Below are positions 11,550 through 22,845 of a stretch of 64,000 nt of DNA, piece by piece. The stretch spans positions 744,001 through 808,000 of the forward strand of contig NW_026938938.1 in assembly GCF_032062105.1 (NCBI RefSeq), read 5' to 3'. The notes under the pieces are model-generated. The model searched no databases. It was not told where the DNA came from and worked only from the letters and a program-made list of their open reading frames with translations. The DNA comes from Saccostrea cucullata. Taxonomy: Eukaryota. A program made the translations under genes and the position numbers. Each line of letters starts with the position of its first letter. Position 1 is the first letter of the stretch.

Positions 11550-11799
11550 CGATTGTATGTTGTTTAACGCCTTCCTTCGTTTTTTCCAGTCATATGGAGA
11601 CGCCATCACTTGCCGGCGGAGAGCTTCAAAATTTGTCATATACTCAGCACCTGTAGGGCCATTGAGCAGTGAGGGATCTTTTTTGTGCTAGCACCTACTG
11701 CGACGTCCCACTGTGGGATACGAACCCGCGACGTAAGGATCGACTCCTTACTTGGCGACTCTAAAGCAGACACTCTAACCACTGCGCCACACAAGGGAC
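11550..11799 (-). mobile_element. tRNA-derived SINE (tRNA-like head joined to bivalve SINE tail)
   Basis: Minus strand carries an A box TGGCGCAGTGG and a B box GGTTCGTATCC, followed by AAAGATCCCTCACTGCTCAATGGCC...GGCGTTAAACAACATACAATC. Confidence 0.7.
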
Positions 11800-12449
11800 C
11801 TCGGTACCTTGTAATGAAATTTAAAACTTGTACCATATTTTCAAACAGGTCAATGCAGATTTCAGTGAGAAATGCCATAAAACACACAATTTTGAAAAGT
11901 TACATATTCTTAAAGAGGCATATTATAGCCAAAAATTAGAATTTCTGTTGTTTCTTTGCGTTTTCCCTTAACTTATGACAACCTTTGTTTCCGATAACCA
12001 AAACCGAGTTTTCCGATAACAAAGTGCATTATTCAACCGTATTTCCGATAACATACTGAAAGTTAAACTCGGGCACTTTTTGCCCTTTAATTACATATTC
12101 GCAAGATTCTGAGGACGTCTTCTTGTGGACAATCATTAACGCAAGGTAAACAAGGGTTTTGAAGAAAAAAGGCTATTTACAGCAATGCCAATCGGAGAAA
12201 AACTTGCAAAATATAATAAATTTGACTTTAAAAGCCTTCCAAAGGCTAACAAATGCTATACCAGTACGTATCGAGGCTTTATTTTGTATCCGTATTCATT
12301 TCTGTTTACAAAAAGCACAATGAATATTCTCTGTTTCTATTTTAACAGAGTTTATTTAAAATAATTTACTAACCTGTCAAAAATTGTTATCAACCGAGTG
12401 TCCGATAACAACCGAGTAGCCGATAACGCGTTGAGCAGTGTGAGTTGTG

Positions 12450-12830
12450 CTTATGGCCCTAAGTGCCGAGTAAATGTCAGAATTTGAAGCCCTTCGCCGG
12501 CATGATATGGTGACGTCTCTGTATGAGTGAAAGATTCTCGAATGGGACGTAAAACAACAAACAGAATCAATCACTTAGTGCTTACTCGGTATCCATCTGC
12601 TCAGTTTAGGCCTAGTTCATTGAACAAAGACTGAGGGCCCGAGGGGTCATTATCGTAACAACTGAACGCCTGCCGTGACATACGGGACCTCGGTTTTTAA
12701 AGTCTCATCCGAACTTCGAAAGCACCCACAACTTTCACTTCAATGTACAGAGCGCATGGCGAACAGTTGCAACCCGTTTTTTTTTTTAATTGATTTAGGC
12801 CGAGATTCGAACTCACGACCTCCCGATCAC
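12450..12830. mobile_element. Two SINE fragments in opposite orientation
   Basis: Plus-strand tail GGCCCTAAGTGCCGAG...GGGACGTAAAACAACAAACAGAATCAATC (12450-12573). Minus-strand head/body with B box GAGTTCGAATC (~12810) and CCTCGGTTTTTAAAGTCTCATCCGAA. Confidence 0.6.
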
Positions 12831-15800
12831 AGCAGTAGGATGAGTCGATCGGTATATCCATTTTTGGCTTCTATGTCATCTATAACAGTACTATTATAGA
12901 TTTTACGGATGTCACAAATAAACAATATTGTTGATGTATCTATGAACTGTAAGTGGGAAATAACTTTAACGTAGCAAAAAATATGCCCATGATATTGGAT
13001 GAGATTTTCTTTGGTGAAATGAATGATTGATTGTTGTTTTAAGTACCATTCGAACATTTTCATTTAAATTAATACATCACCACGCATTTTTATAGATCAC
13101 CATATTTATAGCCTACCATGAGACTTGGAACAACGATTCCACAATTTTTTAAAAGGTTTCATCCGAGAGGCTTTTGACTTTCATTTAAAGGATCACTTCA
13201 TATTATAAATAGGGATCTAACTTATAGGACGGGCTTGATTTTTTTCTCTACAAAAAGCTTGTCGATTTCTGTTCCGATTGAAATTCATTAGGCTGAATAC
13301 ATATAACAATTTGTTTTTCCTAAATCTTTATTTCGATGAGTAGAAGTAGGAGGAACTCTTACATTGATTTTCTGAGGTGGTTATCTCCAAATGTAATAAT
13401 TCTTATAATTGATATTTTTCTTTACTTCTCCTTGTGCACAATGGTAATGTCTACTGTCTCTGAAATTCTTTTCTTTATGTCTAGGCTATTTATCCGGGGG
13501 TATGATAAAACATGTCATTAATGTGTGCAAATTATATGTAGCCCTAAATGAAATTCAAGGGAGTACAGTTACTGATATATGTAGCCAAAATCAATTCTAA
13601 GGAATATATGTATATACAATTGAAATTCAGCGCAGCTCAATGCTGCAAAGAATACTTGTAACACAAAATGAGTTATTCTTGTCCTCGGAGAAAGTGTGCT
13701 TATACTGGGTTTGTTCCGACAACTGTACATTGGATTGTTACGATTTGATCTCTCTTTAGTGTTTTTCAAGAATGAACATGCATAAAGAAAAGATAATTGA
13801 TGAAAAATACACAATTCTATTAAAAAGAAATAAAATAGTCTTTGAAAAAGCTAAAATAAAAAAAACTTTATGCAGGTGGACTCGAACCCCCAACTTTAAA
13901 AAGAGAGTATCCACGGAATACTAGTATATCAATTGAGCTAATGTGACTATATAAGAATTAATAGTATAAATTTGAAGTAGATTATCAAAATCAAGTTTCC
14001 TTATTTTTTGCAGGTTTTTTTTTGTGAATTTCGACATAGGGCAGGGATGCCCCAAAAAGAATTATATCTTAAATTATTCCTTACATCCCAACCTATCAAA
14101 ATATCACAATTTTATTTAGGGGCAGGCCTGCCCTGAAGGACTTCTAGGCCAACATTCATGCAAAAATCAACGCTTTAACGGACAAAATGGTGTTTCGACC
14201 AACTTTGGAGGTTTATTGTAAAGTTGTAAATAATATATACGGTAGAAAACAAAAAATAAAGATTTATTTTTAAACGTCACTTTTTCCTGGAAATTGTTCT
14301 CTCCTATCTTATAGGTCAATTCTTTTGTCATAGTGAATACATCCTTTAGAGCCAGGCGTTTGCCCCCCCCCCCCCCCCCCCCCCGGGTGATTTTTATCAC
14401 ATTTAGAACTATATATGAAATTCCTGCGTACGATTGGTTGTAGTCTGTCACGTAAAATTGCTCATGCACGGCCGCTTGAAAAATGAGGAGTTATAAAATC
14501 AATTCTTTTGTAATGCCTGGAAGCAAGTTAAATTTCTCAATATATGAACAAGTAAATTAGTGTAATATATGTTCAATTAATATTTTGAAAGAAAAGTGCG
14601 ACTATATTGTGAAAACGACACAAGTTAACATATCTCAAATCTATTTTACTGTCATTATTAAAGATTAAAATATTATTAATAATTAAAACATTTTAAAGCT
14701 TATTCTGCAGTGTGAAAATATGTTGTAAAATACATGTATGTTTATTGTATGTCTCAGAGAGAGGAAGAGAGAGCTAGGTAGAGAGAGGGAGAGTGTTTGT
14801 TCAAATACGTAAAATACATCCGCTACAAGAAGCAGGAAAACAAAACAAAACAATCATCTGTATCCGTATAAAACACTTCTTACTCTTAAGTTTGCAGACC
14901 ACAAACTTTTAAAGACGTACATATAGATATATCAATGTTTTTTTTCCTGTTTTCATACTTTCAACCAGAGTTGGGTATTTTTTTTTTCATTTTGTTTAGT
15001 TAATGTTGTTTGGGGTTGTTTTTTGTTTATTTGTCTCTCTGTTTGTTTGTTTTTTGGTTTTTGTTTGTTTGGTTTTTTTTTTTTTTTAGAAACAAAACTA
15101 ATAAAATGCTGAATTAGAGGGAGGGGGTAATTCCCTGCACTATGGGAGGGGAAGCGAACACGAGTGAGTGTTATGTGACTAATGTAAGCCTGAAAGGCGA
15201 AACTGTATCAAATTCTTGTTTCAACAGTTCAAATAAGTTTGATAAAATTTTATCCAGAGACCATGCACGTCACTTTATACTGAAAGTTTTTTACGCAATA
15301 AGACGTGTAAAGCAGCCGTACAACCCACACTGTCACACTTCTGTCGAATCGAAAACAGCTCACCCAATCTGAGGACTTTTAATTTCAGGCAACATTCCAA
15401 ATAGAAGCTTGAAAAGGATAAAAGCAACTTTAAAAACAAGAACGACGTTACTGTGTGAGCTGAAAGATGCTGAATTTTGGATATTTTGTTTTTCTTGCAT
15501 TCTTCCTTCACTTTGTCGGCTGTCTACCTGGGAAAACTGCCCCGTCACATGGGTAAGATACCACTCAATACTTTCAGTCGATAGTAGCTCTTTCATATTA
15601 CCGATAATCAAAGTAGTAACATTATTACTACTAATAAATGATTATTGGTCAATCAATCATAGACTGCATTTTTTGGAAACTAATCTCTTTGATAACTATT
15701 TCGCAGGTTTAGCAAAATTAAGTCAGCAGAATATTAAAAAGAATTAGTTTTGAAATTGTTTTGTTTCCATGAATACTTATATGTCGTCTTATGGGGATAA

Positions 15801-16570
15801 CTGAAAATTTAATAAAATTTCTTTTGAAATCTCAACATTATATGTCATCAGCTATAAGCACATGTGCAGAAAATACAGGAAACGCAGTTACAATACGTAG
15901 GAGTGAATACTTGTAGACCCTCAAAATATATATTTGTGTTTTTAAATTGAATATAGACTTATACCTAATTACCAATTAAATTCATTTTACAGTACACATT
16001 TTACTTTAACGTTCTTTCATACTGATAAATGTAAAACAGCAATGCGTCAATGAAGACATTGGTAGGACTGGGATGATCAGTACTGAAGGCGTTTCACTGT
16101 AGATACATTTAATTATATTACGTTTTCTTTTTTTTCAGATTAGTTACTAGTACATTTCCACAATTTTTCCTTCTTAAAAGGCATGAATTGCTTGTGCAAT
16201 CTTTATTAGATACTGGCAATTAGCATTGGGGGAAGGGGGGGGGGCTAATCCTTTTTTCAAATATGACTTTTTACTATTGAAAACGTAGATTAAAAGGGTA
16301 CTGAGAGAAGTTCACCTACCCCCCCCCCTCCATGAGATAGGATTTTCGAGTTTGGACAAGTTTCAATTCTTTTTTTTTTTAATAGAAAATACCTATATCG
16401 TCCCAATCGTACGCCATATTTTGCAAAAAAAAAAAAAAAAATCTCTTGTAGTTTAATTATTTTTAAGGTTGTTTAAACTTGGATTTTAATACTAACAGGA
16501 AAATGTAGCCTAATTTTTTTTTTATTTAGACATTCTCACAAAATCATTCAGAATTTTAGATCAGATGTAT

Positions 16571-16574
<4 letters not shown>

Positions 16575-16614
<40 letters not shown>

Positions 16615-16630
16615 CTCTCACACACACACA
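16575..16630. repeat. (CA)n microsatellite
   Basis: About 18 uninterrupted CA units plus a short second run. Confidence 0.95.
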
Positions 16631-17779
16631 ATGCTTACTTAGATGTAAACAATATGCATCTGAAATGGAATTTTTAATCATAACTTTAACAATAAACATC
16701 CCTGTTGTTTTTACTTTCTTTAACAATTTTCGCATCTCAATTTATAAAATCTTGTTGTTTTGATATCAAAGAATCCCACTTTATTAAGACTTCACAAACC
16801 AGTCTTGACATCGGAAGTGGTATATTGTATGTACATGTTGTTTGATTTGCCAGATAAAATGAAGAACTGACACTTCAAGTCGATTGTACAGTTAAATTGT
16901 AACTTTTACATGCGTAGGTACGGAGCTTGTTTTATTAAATCACACCTCTCAAAATATGTATCAGCAATAGTAATGGAAATTAGAAATACATGTGTTTAAA
17001 GTTAAGTACCAAGGATGCGTAAACTAACTGGAAAGTATTGCCCGTTTTATGATTTTAATTTTTCGGTAAATTCAAAGTTTTGTGCCAATGTAATTGCCTT
17101 ACCTTACTGACATTTGAGAGCAAGTACTAGTATGTGTGAAGATGCATTTAAAGTTTATCTCTTCAAATTCACTAAACGTTTGATATTCCTTCAAAAAATA
17201 AATTGAAAAATTATTTAAATAAAAAGCAGAATATGCTGTATTTTCATTTCATTCGTAAATTTAATGAAACTGAATTCAGAGGAACTATTAGCTGATAATA
17301 TTAATAAAGGAAGAATTTTGCGTGCTGTTTCAGACAATTTATGTGATATCGATAATGATTTAAGAAAAAAGGGCTGTTATAAAGATTATACTTCTAACAC
17401 AGAAATTTAAGGGTTTTAGACTGATTGCAGCGAAATAAGGATGTTCAGGAAAAAAAGAATTTGATTTATTATAAAGTTGTTTTTCACTGCACATCTTTTG
17501 ATGAGTTAGATTTTTCTACCCATTGAACTAAAAAAATACAACTCAATTATTGTTCATTTATTGACATATCATTTATCCAACACAAATCAATTGACCTCAT
17601 TTTTACATGTATTTCTTAAAATTTATTTTAGGTAAGCAATCATTAGTAAATTGTCTTTGTTCATTTTTTCCATGAGCTAAATCGCTGATACACTCTGTTT
17701 TGATCAATTACAAACAAGATTTAAATATAATTTTCAACTTTATTAATAAACGATGTATTTCTTTAGTTTCCAACAATAT

Positions 17780-18427
17780 TTATGCCCCTATAATCGTTTC
17801 TCTGTTTGTCAGCAAAAACTTAAACCTTGCTCATAACTTTTGATTAAGTGGAGCTATGACTTTCATATTTCACCTGTGTATTCCTTGTGAAAAGACCTTT
17901 CTTTGGGTACAACAAAATTTGACCTTTTGACCTTGGAGTTTGACACACTTTTACGCAAAAATTCTGAACTTTTACTTTGGCCATAACTTTTGAACGGTAG
18001 ATACTAGGACTTTCATACTTCATAAATGTATTCTTTGTGACAAGGCCTTTCATTGGATACAAAGACCTTTAAACCTTTGTCCTTGGAGTTTGAACTACTT
18101 TTTAAAAACGTTAACCGTGGCCATAACTTTTGAATGTTAGGGCGATGGCTTTCATACTTTACATATATAATCCATGTGAAAAGACCTTTCTTTGTATAAA
18201 CCAACAATTTTGCCCCTTTGACGTTGACCTTTAGTTTGACCTCCCTTTCAAAAAATTATCCTTGGTCATAACTTTTGAACAGGTGGTGCTAGGGCTTTCA
18301 TATTCACAATTGTATTTCTTGTGAGAACTTACTTTGGGTACCAATATATTCAGTTTGCATTTTAGAAAAGTTTAATCTTCGCTATGTTGCCATACGGGGG
18401 CATCAGTGTTTCACAAACATCTTGTTT
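17780..18427 (-). mobile_element. HINE-like element with ~140-150 bp tandem units
   Basis: CATAACTTTT recurs at 17832, 17982, 18122 and 18267; terminal GGGGCATCAGTGTTTCACAAACATCTTGTT (AACAAG on the minus strand). Confidence 0.75.
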
Positions 18428-18469
18428 TCTTTAGTGTAGTTATAGAGGGTCCTTAAAAGTATGGGATAT

Positions 18470-18679
18470 TGAGCCTGTTTTACAAGACCATATATTTATA
18501 ATAGACTGGATTATAAATTTGGCAAAATTGATGAATCTGTTAAAAATTGTCTGTGTAAAATATCTTACTACATTCCTTAAAGATAAATTAAAACCATTAT
18601 TAATAAAATGTAAATTAAATTCGTGAAACAAAATTAGATTGTGGTCTTAGTCGTAGGTGCTTTTGTAAAACGGGCCTCA
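18470..18679. mobile_element. Short MITE
   Basis: Imperfect TIRs TGAGCCTGTTTTACAA and TTGTAAAACGGGCCTCA. Confidence 0.45.
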
Positions 18680-19205
18680 GATGTACATGCAAGTTTATAT
18701 ATGTCTAGTTTTCTTATATGAAATAGAAGTGCATATTCATTTAGGAAATTTTGAGGTGGTGAAGACAAGTTACATCTATCCACCACTCCCTATCAAAACT
18801 GCTGAACGTGCTGTGGTTAAGAACGACGTGACAAGACATAGGGGGACGGGGAAAACGCGACGTCAGTGTAGTATACTGACCCGGCCTATCCTATAGACTA
18901 GGCTAAAAACAATAACTAATTTTAAAAAGTCAATGCTTCAAATAATGAAATCTCTTCAAAATATTCCAGAGCCTTTGAAATATTCAGAAGGTTTAATTTT
19001 TTAGCATCACGGGGTATTAAAAAAGACTAATAGCGTTACCAAATTAATACATCCTGTACATGCACTTAGATTTAATTGAAACAAAAAAAAGTTAGAAAGA
19101 GGAAAAATTCGGACAGTTTAGTAATGGAATGCTTGGAGTTTTGCACTTAACCTTGTGGTTAGAAGGTGTACAATAGTTAATATAACAGGCCGATAAAGGA
19201 GAGAT

Positions 19206-21431
19206 ATGCCCCAAAAATTGGAGTATGTCACCAAGCAGCCACTTACTCTGGTTTTAATTAGTTCAAGTGCCTTTCTCTGTTTCGTCACAGGTCTGTCTCA
19301 GAGGTCGCAGAAGCCATGTGTCTGTATTTGACACCAAGAAAAACGATTCAAACACTATTAAAACTTAAGTTAACCAATCGAAAAGATTGTCCTAATCTGA
19401 CTTTAAAGGGGTTATCAGATGTAAAAATTGCATTTATGGACTACGATGTACACTTCAATCAATATACAAACTTGCACAATGAACACTGCTTAAAATGTCC
19501 ATACCCGAATAAATGCAATCATGACGGATATATTGTATATAATTCATGAAATCATTTAAACCCTACAGAGAAGGGGACAGACAGACCCCTCCCATATTTA
19601 ATAAAGAATATTCTTCATATCAGAAAGATGCATTTTGTTATATGATGATCTTTGATACAGGGCATCAATGCCAGTCTTATCATAGATTTGTTCTAATATT
19701 ATCATATTTTTTCTAACAGGAGAAATGTTTGTACGTATAAAACCGATAGGATAGAAATGGTACCAACGCGACAGACTTACCGGAGGCCATTTTACAACCC
19801 TCGGCTGTGTTCGAATAATGATACTTGTGTCAACTCCACAAGGTACCTAGCAATTTCTTAAGCACAGTTAGCTCTGGGAAAATAAAGTCTAAAATTCTCT
19901 TAATTTTCATAAAGCGTTTTGGTTTTACCTAAATCTTATTTAGGGTGTACATGAGGATAGCCTATCGCACGGTGTTTTATAAACGTATGGTGCAAGGGGA
20001 ACATAAACGGTGTTGTCCAGGATGGACGAAGAAAAACCCACGTGACATGGCCTGTTTAGCACGTAAGGAGAAATTTTAAAAATACGAATACGTATACAGG
20101 ATGTCTTACTGAACTATTTTAATGTTACAAAATATAAAGAAATAGGATTAGGTCAATCCACCAAGGTTAATGATTCTTAGCCTAGAAATTTGTGAATATC
20201 ATCGCCTTATTTACAGCAATATGCAGATATGGATGTAAAAATGGCGGAATCTGTGTGGGTCCAAACGAATGTGAATGTCCACCATATTACACAGGTCATC
20301 AATGTGAAAAGGGTGAGCATCAAGGCAGCCAATATAAACTCCAAATGTTTCATATTTTACACTCGTGTAAAATATGTGAGCATGATTTTTTCTTTGTCTA
20401 CTGCAGATGTAGACGAATGTTTAACTGGTAGAAGTAGCTGCCAACAGATTTGTAAAAATACCATTGGGGGATACGAATGTGGCTGCTTCCATGGATTTAA
20501 ATCACTAAATAAATACAAGTGTGAATGTGAGTCTTATTACTTAAATGATCTTGTTGTAATGTGTCTGATCGTTACATCACCCATGCCTGTAAAATCATGC
20601 GTTTTTTTCAGTTTGTCCATTGTGTTTACCACCTATAGCAGATATGATGAACAAAATCAATGATTTACAAGGACAACTTAACAAAGTAGAAAAAGAGAAA
20701 GTAAGCATTCTCCTTTCAATCTAGAATGTTACATTAATATTATAATAGCATTCCACCGCAGGTTTATTTATTTTTTATATTTTGCAAAAACACCACATTT
20801 TCTAATCTTTGATTTTTACTAGGATGAGATGCGTGGTAATTTTTCTGTTCTGGAGGGATATTATAATGATGCCATCACCCAAGTAGAGGAACTAAAATCT
20901 GCTTCGTCATCGACCACCGCACCACCAAGCACTACAACAGAGGATCTGTACGACTTTGATATTATTTCCTCTCTCAGTGATCAGATTTCCCAGTTAGAGG
21001 AGAGAATTGGGTCGTGTGAGTACATTTCTTTTTCACTCACTTTGGGTCCCTATCACCATAAGTACCACGTACCTCTCTAGTTATTTCTTTTCATTCCAAA
21101 AGAAAGGAATTATCGAACATGCACATGCATGGCTGGCTAATTATTACAACCCAGTGATGTTAAGTGTAGCTCTCCACTTGATTTGGTCCTCTTGTTTCTG
21201 ACATTGAGAATGTCAAGGAAAAGTGTCTTAATTAGTCATGTGAAAATAATTACTTGTCAAAACTTTGACAAATCCATCTGAGTTTGGCTGTTTATTTCAA
21301 ACGAATCAATGGCATATTTCCAAAATGATTTTCCTTTGGCCATTTTTTTTGGCATAAAAATTGTACACTCCTATATTACAGGTGACTGTGGGAATTCAGG
21401 AAGGAGGTCCAGATACAGATACGGGGGCTGA
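19206..21431 (+). CDS. EGFL7: EGF-like domain protein 7/8 ortholog (signal peptide, EMI, EGF, Ca-binding EGF, coiled coil)
   Basis: Exons: ~19206-19303 (MPQKLEYVTKQPLTLVLISSSAFLCFVTG; donor uncertain), 19720-19842 (RNVC...), 19944-20062 (IAYRTV...RCCPGW), 20217-20312 (ICRYGCKNGGIC...), 20407-20526 (DVDECLTG...), 20612-20700, 20823-21015 (SSLSDQISQLEERIGS), 21382-21431 (CDCGNSGRRSRYRYGG*). The C-terminus matches the EGFL7 motif SLSEQISFLEEQLGSCSC. EGFL7 versus EGFL8 cannot be resolved. Confidence 0.88.
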
Positions 21432-22845
21432 TGGTCTTATTATCACGTGCCTTAATACACACTACAGAGTTTGTCAAATGTCAGGCAGTGGACACATATA
21501 CATAGACTTGTATTGTTTCCACTTCATTTTGGTTGAATTTGATTTTCTTTTTGACTTAAGAAGGAATCAAGGGATATAAATTATTTTAAATATATGAATA
21601 TTGTTATAGTGGATATTAAAGGGATGCTACAGCTCCTTTTTCCATTTCAAATTGTGTTATTTAAGAATCTTGTGTTAATCATATGCCCTTGGACAGAGAG
21701 AAATTATTGTTGACATGTTATTGCATCACTTGATGCTTTCATAAAATGTGTTGTACTAAATAATAGTATTTAAAATATTCAGTTTTTCTACATGTACATT
21801 GCTGCACTTATATTCAGATTTATAGCATGCCATACTATGTAAGAAATGTTGTGTATTACAAATTTATCTTATTTTACCACAAGCAAGCCTAGATTCACAC
21901 AGTTTATAAAAGCATGTATTTATTTTTCCTTTTTAGTTGGATTTTGTACCATAAATCAATTAACAAATAAATACTGATTTTAGTTTTTTATTTGTAAAAT
22001 ATGTACAAGTTCTTGCAATTACATGTATATTCAGCATAATTTTCACTTCAAATATAAAAACCTTTCCTATTAAATTCTTCCCATGTCACGAGAAGTTGAG
22101 ATTCTGCACATAGATGAACCAGCAACCATGTATTGAAATAAAAAATATATAGCACCATTAAGTGAGGTATCTATTGGTGATAAGGAACTACAGATCATTA
22201 TGGTATTCTGACAAGTAGAAGTTGACAGGAGAAGAAAATAAGCTAGTTCTATAGCACAAATACAGGGAAGTAAAGCTTAATCAGAACATTTTGTATCGAT
22301 AAAAAAGAATGAGCTAGAATTCTTCATCAATGTTCATAATTTAGTCAATTCTTACAACAACACTTTACTCTCAGTGTTAGCTCAGAATACACCTAATTCT
22401 AATATTACATGGTATGTTTTAAAACTTAAGACCTTCTTTAATATCTGACAATACATTATTTAAGCTCGCACATTTTCACCTCTTTCTGCACAAATACACA
22501 AAAAATCTTTAAACAAGTTTCAAAATATGTGAAGCACTTCTGTGCAATTTGTTAAATAAGTCCAGTTTTAAGTAGAAGTACATGGAAAAAAAGGAAAACA
22601 AAAAGACGAGATAATCTCAGCATATACAGCCATTACCTGTCACTACTTTTATAAAAAGGCAGGACAATATATTAACAATGAAACATGAAAAGTTAAAAAT
22701 ATATAATGTTAGCACATGAATTGTGAGCAAAATACAATGTATTTTCTTTGATGGTGCAATATAAAACGGATTTCTAAAGGTTTAATGGATTTCTTGAGAG
22801 TTGTGTCCCCTGACATTAAAATTTGAGTTGCAACTCCTGTAGATG

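Larger units (their letters stand above)
8378..12428. mobile_element. Large TIR element expanded by nested insertions, immediately upstream of TERT
   Basis: Left end CACTATCGGCAACTCGGTTGTTATCGGACACTCGGT; right end ACCGAGTGTCCGATAACAACCGAGTAGCCGATAACG (near-perfect inverted pair); mirrored subterminal GTTATCG(G)/CCGATAAC motifs at ~9390-9460 and ~11990-12050. Confidence 0.7.

Noticed and set aside
11702-11799. tRNA gene
   Set aside because: No convincing anticodon stem-loop, and it is fused to a SINE tail; treated as a SINE head.
13185-14349. Possible TTAA-flanked Kolobok-like element
   Set aside because: Only a weak terminal match (AGGATCACTTCA versus TGAATACATCCT) and an imperfect TSD.
15142-15747. 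Overlapping 76-112 aa ORFs in the TERT-EGFL7 intergenic region
   Set aside because: No recognisable domain or consistent exon chain.
19304-21381. Intronic miR-126 as in vertebrate EGFL7
   Set aside because: No matching mature sequence or hairpin seen in these short introns.
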